Source: Eledone cirrhosa
Lineage: Eukaryota
Assembly (NCBI GenBank): GCA_964016885.1
Contig: OZ024746.1
Coordinates: 75,516,001 to 75,580,000 of the forward strand
Reading direction: 5' to 3'
Length of the DNA: 64,000 bases
Part shown: positions 42,460-56,902 of the stretch, piece after piece
Numbering within the stretch: the first letter of the stretch is position 1
Layout of the letters: every line of letters begins with the position of its first letter
The notes under the pieces: model-generated
What the model saw: only the letters and a program-made list of their open reading frames with translations
Told to the model about the DNA's origin: nothing
Database searches by the model: none
Program-made: the position numbers and the translations under genes

Positions 42460-42797
42460 TTCTTTATTAGCCACAAGGGCGCAACAAGAAAGGGGACAAT
42501 ACAAAGACATGCCGGGGATTTTACATACAGTCGTGTAAAAAATATAAAAACAAACAATTTCAACAATCGAAATCCCCAATAGGGGGGAGGCGCCACAAAT
42601 GGGTTGTTTAATACCCCGTCGATAGAACAATCCTCAACTCGAGGAGCGTGTTGTGCAAGTGCTCCTTTCTTCCTTTTGCTCTCTTCCTCAACCTACAGGC
42701 TTATAAACAGAGAAGGCCCAATCACTCGGGCCATTTTCGCTTCATTCACCCACCTTTCAGTAAATTTACTGGGGTGCAGTGCCTCTCTCTCCACTTT
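42459..42797 (-). mobile_element. 5'-truncated Tx1 relative (3' end)
   Basis: Homologous to 36708-37040, flanked by (GATA)n. Confidence 0.9.
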
Positions 42798-42852
42798 CGA
42801 CTAGATAGATAGATAGACAGACAGGCAAACAGATAGTTAGGTAGATAGATAA

Positions 42853-42906
<54 letters not shown>

Positions 42907-42907
<1 letters not shown>

Positions 42908-43220
42908 TGTTTCTTTATTAGCCACAGGGGCACAAAAGAAGGGGACAAATACAAAGGGGGAAGTTTACATACAATAAAAACGTGTAAAATGTTATCACAA
43001 ATGCAATTTAAAAAGTTAGTCGATTTTCCCCAATAGAGGGAGACAGTTTATATGGGTAACACATACCCCCGAAAAAATTTGCAACCCTCATCTCCAGGAG
43101 TACGAAGAGTTTGTACTCCTTTCCTCTCCTCCTCCTTTTCCTCAACCTACAGGCTGATATAGAGAGAAGGCCCATTCACTCGGGCCATTCTCGCCACTTT
43201 CACCCACCTTTCATAAAACT
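42907..43220 (-). mobile_element. 5'-truncated Tx1 relative (3' end)
   Basis: Shares GAGAAGGCCCATT...CACCCACCTTTCATAAAACTG with the full-length copy, flanked by (GATA)n. Confidence 0.9.
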
Positions 43221-43237
43221 GATAGATAGATAGATAA

Positions 43238-43294
<57 letters not shown>

Positions 43295-43295
<1 letters not shown>

Positions 43296-43568
43296 TTCTT
43301 TATTTGCCAAAAGGGTGCACAAGATATGGGACAATACAAGGACATACGGCGGGGATTTTACATACAATCATGTAAAAAGAGTAAAATTATAACATAAAAA
43401 ATTTAACAATCGAAATCCCCAATAGAGGGGAGGCTTTACAACTGGGTTGTTTTACACTCCGTAGATAGAACAACCCTCAACTCCAGGAGCATGTTTTGCA
43501 AGTGCTCCTTTCTTCTCTTCCCTCTCTTCCTCAACCTACAGATTTATATACAAAGAAGGCCCAATCAC
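43295..43568 (-). mobile_element. 5'-truncated Tx1 relative (3' end)
   Basis: Same 3' UTR family, with (GATA)n on both sides. Confidence 0.9.
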
Positions 43569-43623
<55 letters not shown>

Positions 43624-43666
43624 GAAGGTATGTAAGTATATATCTATATATATATATATATATATA

Positions 43667-43776
<110 letters not shown>

Positions 43777-44129
43777 ATATTTTGCCTATGAAACAGAGAG
43801 CATATATATTGAAGACGGAAGCAGCTGCACTAATATCGAGGCAGTTGTAACGAAACTTATCTGGGCATAGAGTGATGGGGGTAAGCATATTGGTGGAAAC
43901 AAAAGATGTCTCCATAAGTAAGTGCGGCTGATAAAGCTAGATCTGTGGTTTGTGTATAGTGAAGTGTAGAGATAATAGCCCACGGATGTTGTGCAAGACC
44001 ATCTCAGATAACATTCCAACCAGCTCTGGTTTCTCTTACTTTCATCCAGTTGGACCATAAATAATGATGTTGATAGTCAAAAATATTTTATAAATGGTAT
44101 ATATACGTTTATGCCTATGTATATGCATC

Positions 44130-44223
<94 letters not shown>

Positions 44224-44508
44224 CATGATGGATACAAGAAACTGGTTAGACCATTATTCGCAAGAGTACTCGATCCTCGGGGTAGTAGAGTATAATTATA
44301 TGAATTGTCAGGACCCCGACGGCTGAGCTCTTGCCGTTTCAACACCGAGCTCCAGACTGGAACTGACTCATACATACACACACACGCACACACACACACA
44401 CACTCACACACTCATATATATATATTTATATTACTCTTTCACCTGTTCCAGCCATCTGGGGCACCGCCTATATATATGTATCTATTTATATATATGTATA
44501 TAAAATCC

Positions 44509-45161
44509 AGGTCTAGCAAATAGAGAAAAAGTTTTAAAATAAATTTTTTTAAAATTCACTGTACTTACTATATGTGCCTTTACCGCGGTTTCAAGTTCCA
44601 AACTAAACGGATAATCCAAGCGGATCTCCATTGAGAAGGGAACTCTCTTCAGAAAGCTCTTCTCGCTCGGAGAATATAAAATTCCCGAGTTTAAATCACA
44701 AACTGACGCCATACAAAACTATTCCCAGATAAGAGTGAATGATGAAAGAAATAATTTTGTCTAGTGCCGTGGTATTTTTTACACGTAGGAACACATACTT
44801 TATTATTATTAATCTCCCCTGAGGTTGAGATAACACTTGGTCGTTTGGACTGCTGCTATTTCTAGTGACAGGACATTGACCTGTCCACCCTGCCTTCTGT
44901 CTTTGCACACGGCACTAGGCAAAATTATTTCTTTCATCATTCACTCTCATCTGGGAATGGTTTTGTATGGCGTCAGTTTGTGATTTAAACTCGGGAATTT
45001 TATATTCTCCGAGCGAGAAGAGCCTTCTGAAGAGAGTTCCCTTCTCAATGGAGATCCGCTTGGATTATCCGTTTATTTTTGAACTTGAAACCGCGGTAAA
45101 GGCACATATAGGCGAATTTTTTTTAATTTATTTTAAAACTTTTTCTCTATTTGCTAGACCT
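44509..45161. repeat. Inverted repeat with ~260-bp arms (44509-44771 and 44908-45161) and a hammerhead in each arm
   Basis: The arms are reverse complements with few differences, around a 136-bp spacer. Confidence 0.9.
45022..45103 (+). ncRNA. Type I hammerhead ribozyme (mirror copy at 44576-44657, minus strand)
   Basis: GCCTT-CTGAAGA-GAGTTC...GAACTT-GAAA-CCGCGG-TA-AAGGC. All core nucleotides are canonical and stem III is palindromic. Confidence 0.88.
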
Positions 45162-45340
45162 AGATGTTATATGTTCTGGCTTGTTACACTTGTTACACTT
45201 GTCAGTGTATGTCCTTCGGTGCCTTGATGAACTTGCCGAAGGTACCGAAGTATAGGAGGAAGGGTTGTTAAACTGAGCAACCTATTATGTCCACATATAC
45301 ACACACATACACACACACACACATTATATATACACACATA

Positions 45341-45526
45341 GGGCGGTGAATTGGCAGTATCGGTAGAGGGTCGGACGCCATGCTTTCTAGCATAGTTACG
45401 TCCCTTTACGATCTGAGTTCAAATCCCGCCGAGGTTGACTTTGCCTTTCATCCTTACGGGGTCGATAAAATAAAGTACCAGTAATGCACTGGGTAATTGC
45501 TGGCCTTGTGCCTAACGTAGAAACAA
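45341..45526 (+). mobile_element. tRNA-derived SINE
   Basis: Same family as 6231-6414. Confidence 0.9.
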
Positions 45527-45541
45527 TTATATATACACACA

Positions 45542-45710
<169 letters not shown>

Positions 45711-46043
45711 CTGTGTGTGGCTATTACGTTCTCGTTGCGTCAGCCGAGTTTGGGAGAACGAGTGATCCGCGTTTGATTTGACGAATTTGGAAGGGGTGTA
45801 TGGTTTTTTGGGCAGGAGTCATGGCTAAAGGTTAATGTTCGGTTTGAGGTATTTGTTGAGATTTAGTAGACTGATTGAAGCAAATATATATCTATATATA
45901 ATATATGCAGTAATAAACACAGTAAATCGTGTGTCTAAAATTACGAGGGTTGAAATACCACATTTGTTTGAGAAATGTAATCAGATGCAAACGGAATATA
46001 CATAAAATAAAATATATACAGACCGCCTCAATAACTATTACAT

Positions 46044-46114
46044 CTCCTGGACAGATTAGGGATTTAATCTGTTTCGCCCTGAGAATTGTTTGTAACAGAT
46101 AATCCGTGGGCTCA
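46044..46114 (-). ncRNA. 5'-truncated hammerhead ribozyme
   Basis: TGA-GCCC...GGGC-GAAA-CAGATTA(loop)TAATCTG-TC-CAGGAG. The 5' core is replaced by an inverted copy of 45900-45931. Confidence 0.6.
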
Positions 46115-46222
46115 CGATTTACTGTGCTTATTACTACGTATGTTATTAAAATGCTCAGTATTTATACTTTGAGCTTGTTAATTACAGGGTATCAGTATAA
46201 GTTATAAACTGTGCCTTTTATT

Positions 46223-46275
<53 letters not shown>

Positions 46276-46328
46276 CAGAATTAGCCGTCGAAACGGCTTG
46301 AGCTCAGCCGTCGGGGGTCCTACTCGTT

Positions 46329-46365
<37 letters not shown>

Positions 46366-47065
46366 TTATATTTATATTTATATTTATATAATCTGCTGGT
46401 TGTTTTGAAAAGTCTAGTAATAAATACAGAGTTGAGTCTTTCTGTGTGAGCTTGGTTACGCGTATGTGTGTGTGTGTGTGTGTGTGTGTGCATGTCTATG
46501 CATGTCTATGCATGTGTGTGCATGTGTGTGTAAAAGAGAGAGAGAGGAGAACCAGGTTGACTGTTATGGAATGAGGGGGGGGTAATGACGTCTGAGAGTT
46601 AGTGACTGGAACAATGACGACCAAGAGTGGCTACCATAGTTTAAATAGATTCCACCAAGAGATAAAATCACATTAAAAACATGGAATGACGCAACATCTT
46701 ATTCGTTTCAGCTGTGTTCATTATACAATTATACACACAGCAGATATCTACCTGAGATATGTTAAGAGAGACACTGTCACAGCTACTCGTGCTGAAGTCA
46801 TCCCTAATATTACGTTGAAAACATAAGACTTTGTATCGTAATACTAGTGGCTCCACTTCTGTAGTCTTCCTGTCTGTTCTGGGTAGATGCTTAGTTTATG
46901 ACACGGTGAGCATGCGTGCGTGTCTCGACGTGTGTGTATATGAATCGTTTATCTATATGTGTGTATGAGTATATGTGTATGTTTATATATGTTTGTGTGT
47001 GTCGCTCTAATTATTTTTGATGGTTTCTGCCAAATATATATATATATATATATATGTGGGGGGGG

Positions 47066-47125
<60 letters not shown>

Positions 47126-47218
47126 AAGCGTGAGTGTGCATATGTATTAATGTATGTATGTATGTATATGTATGTATGTATATATGTATGTATGTATATA
47201 TGTATGTATATATGTATA

Positions 47219-47650
47219 TTGGATACCATCAGGGTTGCAGGTGTTATAATCAGAATTTTCCTTCTCCTAGAATTCTGCCTTGACAAAGGCTAAGGGGTCA
47301 TCTCTCCCGGTGATTTTGGATGGCCATTGACTCTTAAGAGCTCCTTGTTCTTTTTGGTAAATATCATCTTGGTTAAGAGAGTGGGACTGGCTTTGTGCAG
47401 TGCCTTTGCTCACTATAAAAGCTTCACGGCACAGGCATTGCTTTATATCTGGAGATCTCTCTACACTTGTCGTCACATGGTACCATGGGCCCAGCACTAT
47501 GTGTTAATAATTGTCACAAGTGTAGTGTTTGTACCAGAGTTTTCAAGTCGCTGGCTGGACTAAAAAGTCACTCGTTCAACGCATCGGTAGGGGTACTCCT
47601 ACATGGATATAAAGTAGTGGCCGTACTCGAAAACGAGTTGGCAGCCACCA
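47219..47650. mobile_element. Non-autonomous RTE derivative with a 5' inversion
   Basis: 47219-47342 is the reverse complement of the segment that normally precedes 47345-47650. Confidence 0.85.
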
Positions 47651-47993
47651 TATATGTATATATGTACATCTGAAATATATATGTCCCAAAGTCATAATAA
47701 TCGTCGATCACTATAATAATAGTTGAGAAAATCTGGTAACGTACCCGTACTCCAGGAGTACTTCACCCGTTTTGTTTTGTTCGACTATTTTATATAGTGA
47801 TCAACTATTTTGTCGTCATTCGCATTGGAACACAAACAATTCAACTTTCAAAAGTTCCCAATGTTTCCAAAGTTAACTGCTTTGTTTAGAGAGAGAGATT
47901 GATAGATAGATGAATATATATATGCATATATATCCATGTATGTATATGTATGCATATGCATTCATACATACATATGCATACATATACATATCG

Positions 47994-48042
<49 letters not shown>

Positions 48043-48092
48043 GAGTTCAATCGGGGGTAACCACAGTAAGTAAGGTATCCAATACAAGGCTT

Positions 48093-48144
48093 GGTTTTCC
48101 TGATGATTTCCTTAGAATGAAACAGTTCTCGTCCTGTAGAAGCC
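48093..48144 (+). ncRNA. Type I hammerhead ribozyme
   Basis: GGTTTTC-CTGATGA-TTTCCTTAGAAT-GAAA-CAG(TTCTCGTC)CTG-TA-GAAGCC. Confidence 0.8.
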
Positions 48145-50019
48145 ATTTCTATATTAAATATTATATAATAATAAACAAGAAAGTCGGTTTCATTTGTACA
48201 TCCCTATTTATTTTGTTATACGTATTTATTTTGTTACATTTTTTGTACATCCCTATTTATTTTGTTATACGTATTTCAAAGTCGTAAGGCAGTTGTATAA
48301 CAACTACCCTATGTGTTCTCTTGAGACAAAAATCCAAACGAGATGTAAAGTTCCATTGATATATTACCAGTCATATGTGTTATTCACTTTGCCGACCAGT
48401 AAGCAAATGTCCGAAATTCTCTAGCTGCAGTTCTTATATGTGTGGAAGATAGATATTCCACTTGGTGTTGCTGCTTGTGAACTGGCGAGGGCATCAAGTT
48501 ACCTGATTGGTCCCTTGATTCCCACTGAGGCATGTATGAACTGTTAGTCTTTTTTTTTTTTTTAATACTAGATTTTATTCACTTAGATACTAATTCTAAT
48601 TTTAGATATTTGTATTCTGATGCTGGTGTTATAATATCTATATATTAATGCTTAATTAATTATTTGGTGGTCTATTTAACATTATTTAAGTTTTAACCAT
48701 ATACTCTACGAAATGTCTTATTAATTTTGTGTAAACAAGAATTAAACATTTCAGAGCGTTTATTGATAATTTTATGTGTACTATTTATGATGTGTAGAGT
48801 CTCTGTAGAGCAGGGGTCACACATCCTAGCTATAGATCCATTTATATATGGAAAAGCATGTGAGAGTTTTGACCAAGAAAGGGAGTATTCCTCTTTTTTA
48901 TTTTTTAGCGACCAAATAAATAGGGATGACCAAATAAATAGGAATGTACAAATGAAACCGTTTACTATTATAATAAAACTCCGGATGAACAAAAAACGTG
49001 GAGTGCTTTACATCTGTTAAGAAAATGTCGGCAGATTTTCAATCAACCAACTTTCTTCAATTGAATAAATAAAATATTACATATGTGTGTGTGGGGGGGG
49101 GGGGGTGTTCGTGTGTGTATGCGTGTGTGTGTGTGTGTATATATACATATATACCAGCAACCGTAACAATAATAACAACAAAATTCATACAAAACAACAA
49201 AGAAACTAAACTACAATAAACCTCCGGTAAAAAGACTGTTGAATGGTGGCGAGGTTTGAACCGGAAATACATTGATAAGAAATGTCTAAAGATAAGTAAA
49301 GAAATCATCGAACAGAGAGGTTTGTTGCGTGTGAAGTCATATGATATTATGTTGTAATGGCGTCTGTGCAATGAAAGTAACAGACCGAATGGCTGTCGTA
49401 GGCACGATGATGTCTGTTGATTAAAACTACGTTTCCTGTTCAATGGAAGATGCGATGTTAATGCATAATGTTTTCCCGAAAAATATTCAGCATTTGAATC
49501 TTAAATATTCATTTGTATGTTGTTGTTTTTTTTTTTTTGGGGGGGGGGGGGGGGGGGCTCTACATTCATTGGACCGGATCCACGCTAATACCATCTTGAA
49601 GTGATTTTAGCCGATCATATCGACATATGCACTTATTTTGTGACAAGTAAACGTATAAATAAATAAACAAATAAATGTATTAATAAACAAATAAATAAAT
49701 AAATAAAAGCTCACATACACACAAACCCGTATATAATGCATACACAGCCCAAGTACACAGCTCTCAAAAATAAGATGGTGGAAGACAGAAAAAAGGAGAG
49801 ACACAAAATAACAAAAGTAGTCACTGGGGGATCACAGAATGTGTGACGAAAGAACTTTGAAGACAATCATTAACTAAACAACCATCCGGTTATTAAACTA
49901 ACCGACTGGGAAATTATAATAATAAATTGAAGTGAAAATACATAAGTGCATGTGTTTTTCATTGGCAACATGACCCTCCCAAAGTCTAACAATATGTATA
50001 TATTTTTTTATTGTCTCTT

Positions 50020-50607
50020 AATAATTGTTTCTACTTTAGGCACAAGGCCAGCAATTATCCCTGTGCATTACTGGTACTTTATTTTATCGAACCCGTAAGG
50101 ATGGAAGGCAAAGTTAACCTCGGCAGGATTTGAATTCAGATCAGAAAGGAGCGTAACTCTGTGCTGCAAAGCCTGTTGTCCGACCCTCTACCGATACTGC
50201 CAAACCACCACCCTCTGTCTCTTAATAATTGTTTCTACTTTTGGCACAAGGCCAGCAAGTACCAGTGCAGTACTGGTACTTTATTTTATCGACCCCGTAA
50301 GGATGAAAGGCAAAGTCAACCTCGGCGGGGTTTGAACTCAGATCGTAAAGGGACGTAACTATGCTGGAAAGCATGGCGTCCGACCCTCTCTTAATAATGG
50401 CTTCTGCTTTATAGACAAAGCCAAAAATGTTGGGGAGGGGAAAGTTGATTCGATCGACCTCAGTGCATTACTGACACTTTATTTTATAAACCCCCTAAGT
50501 ATGACAGACAAAGCTTACCTTTGGGATTTGAACTCAGATCGTAAAGGGCCATAACTCTATTCCTCAAAGCATGGTGTCTGACACTCTACCGATACTGCCA
50601 ATCCACC
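50020..50607 (-). mobile_element. Three tandem tRNA-derived SINEs
   Basis: Copies start near 50022, 50226 and 50395. Confidence 0.9.
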
Positions 50608-50652
<45 letters not shown>

Positions 50653-50653
<1 letters not shown>

Positions 50654-51000
50654 TTGTGGATGTGGCCTGCCCGTTCGACACAAGAGTGCAAGAGAAGGAG
50701 AGGGAGAAAATTAACCGATACCAGGACCTAAAGTGGGAGGTGAAAAGGATTTGGAACTGCCATGAAGTCAAAGTGATCCCGATTGTCATAGGCGCACTGG
50801 GGACTATCTCCAAAGGTTTCCAGGGATGGTTAAAGAAAATCGGCCCCTTCACGCTGTTTGGAACGCTTCAAAAGGCATGCTTGCTTGGAACAGCAAGAAC
50901 CCTCCGATACGTCCTGAATATCTGAGGCTGCAGGTAGTGGCTTGATATTCAATCCAACGGACTTTCCAGTTAACCAACATCAATGACTGAGATTCAAGGA
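50653..51000 (+). mobile_element. 5'-truncated R4/Dong-type (restriction-like endonuclease) retrotransposon in (TAA)n
   Basis: DVACPFDTRVQEKEREKINRYQDL...VIPIVIGALG...LQKACLLGTARTLR is an RLE C-terminus. AAT repeats on both flanks. Confidence 0.85.
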
Positions 51001-51179
51001 ATAACAATAACAATAATAATAATAATAATTGTTTCTACTTTAGAGACATGGCCAGCAATTTGAAAGGGGGGGGGGTCGATTAAATCGGCCTCAGTACATT
51101 ACTGGTACTTTATTTTATCGACCCCGTAAGGATGAAAGGCAAAGCTAACCTCGACGGGATTTGAACTCACCACTCTCGC

Positions 51180-52042
<863 letters not shown>

Positions 52043-52385
52043 ATGTTTTTCCAGTCATTGATGCTAAGGTTAAGGTAATTGCTTGGGCAAACAATTATTC
52101 TTTTTTCTTTTTGTTTGTTTCTGTTAATTGTTATTGATGGTATATCATGAGCGACGTGTTAGCGTGTTCAGTGACCATCTACTGTTCTTTTCTATACCCC
52201 TCACCCACCGGTACACACGCAACATCCCCCACATCACGTGATCTTTTAAAACCATTGACTCCTTGACTCTTCCATTTCAATCTAACTTGCTCCTCTTTTT
52301 TACGTGACCTTCAGCCATTTTCTCCCAGTGTCACCCTCTTGACGCCATTTTTATGAACCCTAGTGACCCCTTTTCTATCCCCTAT

Positions 52386-52445
<60 letters not shown>

Positions 52446-52548
52446 CTCTACCACTGCTATATCCCCCCCTTTTCGCCAATATCTGTCATTATAACTTAAC
52501 GCACTAATTCTTTACATTTCTTTTACGCCCTATGAGAAGCCATATATC

Positions 52549-52628
<80 letters not shown>

Positions 52629-52810
52629 CTTGACATCACGTGATTGACAGCCATCTCAGCGAAAACTGGTATCACGTGATCAGAAAATAAAAATGTGACA
52701 TCTCAAAAAAAAATATCGCCGTGTTTCTCACTTTTGACGCATATATTTAGCATTTATTTACTTTGTTGTTGTTGTTGTTGAAATTGTAGTCGTAGTCGTC
52801 GTTGTTGTTA

Positions 52811-53267
52811 TTAACCCTTTTGATACCAAACCGCCTGAAATCATCATTGGTTCTATCATACAGAGTTGTTTATTTTAGAAGTTTTATATTTATATAAAAC
52901 CATCCATCATAATTTTCTGTAACAACCTTTATTAAGTTTGATTCCAGTCATCATATGTTCCAGCTTAATAATTGTTTCTACATTTGGCACAAGGCCAGTA
53001 ATTAATCAGCACATTACTGGTACTTTATTTTATCGACCCCGTAAGGATGAAAGGGCAAAGTTAACCTCGGCGGGATTTGAACTCAGTCTGTAAAGGGACG
53101 TAACTACGCCGGAAAACATGGCGTCCGACTCTCTACCGATACTGCCAATCCACAAAGTCAAGTAAGTTATATCATTACCCACCTCCCTTGACTCTTGATT
53201 ATTTTCAATATTATTTTAGAATTATAGATAGTTTCTTTCATTAGAAATATGGTAACGAATGGGTTAA
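52811..53267. mobile_element. TTAA-flanked (piggyBac-like) MITE containing a nested SINE (about 52966-53152)
   Basis: TTAA-CCCTTTTGATACC ... GGTAACGAATGGG-TTAA imperfect terminal inverted repeats. A related left end occurs near 9203. Confidence 0.65.
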
Positions 53268-53844
53268 AATTTATGATGCTCCATTCATTTATTTCTCTTT
53301 CATCTAGTCCATCTCACCACCCCATCATCCCCATCCTCATCATCCCCACTCCAATATCTTATTTAAGAATCAGACTACTTTCTATGGGAAAATTCAAATA
53401 ATAAAAATAACACAAAGAATAAAATAACTGTTTCTACTTTTGGCACAAGGCCAGCAATTACTCAGTACATTACTGGTACTTTATTTTATCGACCCCATAA
53501 GAGTAAAAGGCAAAGTTAACCTCAGGGGGATTTGAACTCAGATCATAAAGGGCCGTAACTCTATGCTGCAAAGCATGGCGTCCGACCTTCTACTGATACT
53601 GCTAGTCCACCACCCAAAGAATAAAATAACACTTGAAAGATGTTCCTCTTTCCGCCATTAGGTCGACAAATACTCGCCATTGTGATCGGTTTTAGTGGCG
53701 TATAAACTGTTACACCTTTGATCATAAGTTTGTTTGATCAGCGTTGACCTTGGGCTAAACATTCACAACAGATCCCATTGATTGGAGCAGATGGTACTGA
53801 AGTGAGATGTTATCAATAATATGAGATCTCGTAGGATTTCACTA

Positions 53845-54292
53845 TTGACAAAGAGTTGTGACGTAATTTACAACAAGAAATCACGTGAGTTGCAGCAGAC
53901 GACAAAGAATTGTGACGTAATAAACAACAACAGGTCACGTGATTTGGGGCAGACAACAAATAGTTGTGACTTATTCAACAACAACAAGAAATCACGTGAG
54001 CTGAAACAGACGACAGAGAGTTGTGATGAAATCAATTGATCGATGGATCGAATTGATCGACAAAATCGCAGGCTTCATTTGGTGTACTGTGTGTGTTGTA
54101 TGGAACACGTCAAATCGGACCAAGGAAACAATGTTTCCATTGCTGATATTATCTACAGGTCGCAGAGACATAATCAATAAACAAATAGAAATATATAATA
54201 TCGGCTGGAGCAGACGACAAGAAATGATGACGTATTCAACAACAAGCGATCACGTGGGCTGGAGCAGGTGACAAAGAATTGTGTGACGTAAT
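53845..54292. repeat. Degenerate ~55-bp repeat carrying TCACGTGA and TGACGTAA motifs
   Basis: TCACGTG at 53881, 53935, 53992 and 54250. TGACGTA at 53859, 53913, 54228 and 54284. Confidence 0.7.
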
Positions 54293-54811
54293 CTGTGATT
54301 ATGTGTGACAAAATATTTTGATGACTGACTAAGAAAATATTTTGACAGAGAAGGAGGGGGTGATCAGAAAAAGCAACGGCGAAGATGTCGGTGCCGGTAG
54401 AAGGGTGTGTAGAAGGACGGAGGGTTGTTGGTAGAATAGTTAAGATAAGGAAGCAGGGGTGGAGGATAGATAAGTTGTGGCGGAGAGAGAATCTGGCATA
54501 AGACATTAAGGGTGATAAAAATCACGCTGACATATTCTTTATCTGGGAACTGGAACTGGGTGGAAGTCTCTAGAACAATTGTCCCGTCTGGGAGTGGTGG
54601 TGTGGTGGTTGTGGTGATGGACGAAGAGGCTATATGGTAATGCTTGCGGTGGTGGTGGTGGTGGTGGTATGTTTGTGTATTTGTGTGTGTTAGTGGTGAC
54701 GGTGGTGTTGTTGTTGTTGTTAGTGGTGGTGGTGGTGGTGGTGGTGGTGGTGGTGGTGGTAGTGGTGGTGGTGGGCAGAACGACCACAATCATTATCATC
54801 TACATCCCTAC

Positions 54812-54842
<31 letters not shown>

Positions 54843-55258
54843 GTAGTTGTCATAGTAACTGTCACCGACATTATCATCGTCATCTACCATCATTAATTTA
54901 TTAACACAGTGGATTGACAGTATCGGTGGAGGGTCGGACGCCATGCTTTCCAGCATAGTTACGTCCCTTTACGATCTGAGTTCAAATCCCGCCGAGGTTA
55001 ACTTTGCCTTTCATCCTTACGAGGTCGATAAAATAAAGTACCAGTAACCAGTAATGCACTGGGTAATTGCTGGCCTTGTGCCTAAATTAGAAACAATTAA
55101 TTTATTAACACAGTACGATGTGAATTGTGTGAGATTTAGGAGTCAAATGGGCTCTCATAGAGACTTATTCTTGTTGGTGGGAAGTGGCAGTGGGGTTAAG
55201 AAGTTCGCTTTGAATTTACTGGTTCGAAGTATAATGGACAGATATATATATATATATG

Positions 55259-55462
55259 TAGGAACGAGTAGGACCCCGACGGCTGAGCTCAAGCCGTTTT
55301 GACGGCTAATTCTGTCCAGAATATGTCCAGAATTAGCCGTCGAAACGGCTTGAGCTCAGCCGTCGGGGTCCTACTCGTTCCTATTACCCACTCTACTACC
55401 CTAAGTATTGAGTATTTTGGTGCGTTATGGTCCACCTGGTTCCTTACCACATTTCCTTCGTT
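55259..55462. mobile_element. Family A hammerhead repeat, inverted pair
   Basis: Head-to-head arms in (TA)n. Confidence 0.85.
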
Positions 55463-55534
55463 ATATATATATATGTATATATATTAATTCAAAATATTAA
55501 CAAATATAGACATTCGTGTGATCAAGTAAATTTT

Positions 55535-55595
55535 ATTATACATATTTCAGAGGTACTGAGCTATCTTCAACAGTACGTCCTCATCAGGATATATA
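55535..55595 (-). ncRNA. Degenerate hammerhead ribozyme
   Basis: ATC-CTGATGA-GGACGTACTG...CAGTACCTCT-GAAA-TATG-TA. The 3' strand of stem I is damaged. Confidence 0.55.
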
Positions 55596-56902
55596 TAATT
55601 GATTAATTGACTATTTCTTATTAACTTAAGGATTCGAAAATAAACCGTCATATAACTACACCCAGATATATATTTGATATTTTGATTGATTGATTATTTC
55701 TAGATAATTTAACGATTCGAAATTATTCATTCATAAAGCTATGTCCAAATATATATTTATATATATATTTTTGCATCATCTAACTATGCGCTGTTTATCC
55801 ACGACAACGTTACCGAAAAAAACAAAACATACCCAACTACCACTAAATCCTCTCTTATGCAAAAATAATTGTTTCTACTTTAGGCACAAGGCCAGCAATT
55901 ACCCAGTACATTACTGGTACTTTATTTTATCGACCCCGTAAGGATGAAAGGCAAAGTAAACCTCGGCGGGATTTGAACTCAGATCATAAAGGGACGTAAC
56001 TCTATGCTAGGAAGCATGGCGTCCAACCCTCTACCGATACTGCCAATCAACCACCTTTATGCAAAAATAATTGTTTCTACTTTTCGCACAAGACCAGCAA
56101 TTACCCAGTACATTACTGGTACTTTATTTTATCGACCCCGTAAGGATGAAAGGCAAAGTTAACCTCGGCGGGATTTGAACTCAGACTGTAAAGGGACGTA
56201 ACTATGCTGGAAAGCATGGCGTCCAATTTATTCTATAGAAATTATTGTTGTAAATAAAAATGCGTTTCTCTTATAGAAGTTGTGTGCTTTATTAAGAAAA
56301 CCTAATATTTCTTAAGTGTTTCATGTTATTTCAGGAATTTTTCAAATTAACTATTGGTAAATTTGATTCAGAACGTTTTTAAACATTTGTTGGGGTTGCC
56401 TGGATGTGTCCACATAAATTTCTTTAAGAAGAAAAAATAAAATGGTCGAGATGGGGAACAGTATACCGCTTTTGAACAGAATTAATCATTGCGTATACTA
56501 TGTTCCAACTTAAAGGTGTTTGAGGATCGCCTAACAGTTGTCCGATTGAGCTGAAATTTTGCACACCCGTGATTTTGTTAATTGAAACAGGATTAGTGGG
56601 TGGGAGCAACTTTCGGAAAATTACCTATTGCTAAGGGCCACCCTAATATATATATATATTATATAGATTATTCATGTTTATTTATATGTTAATCAATTTC
56701 TAGTTATTATAAAATGCTCGGACCTACTCGTTAGAATCTTAGAGCTTATTTTACGGGTGATATGGCGCATGTCTTTCTGGCATGACACCTATAATTTTGA
56801 TTCAGATTAAATTCATTTGATTTATCTTAATTTTGGATATAGATATATATATATATATATATGGAGGAAGTTATAGTTCACTTGAAGGATTGTGTAATAA
56901 GG

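Larger units (their letters stand above)
53427..56225. mobile_element. Additional tRNA-SINE copies at 53427-53615 (-), 54905-55097 (+) and 55866-56225 (two, -)
   Basis: Same family, several with flanking direct repeats. Confidence 0.85.

Noticed and set aside
54364-54587. Minus-strand exon DGTIVLETSTQFQFPDKEYVSVIF...
   Set aside because: Only a weak acceptor, no clear donor and no recognisable domain.
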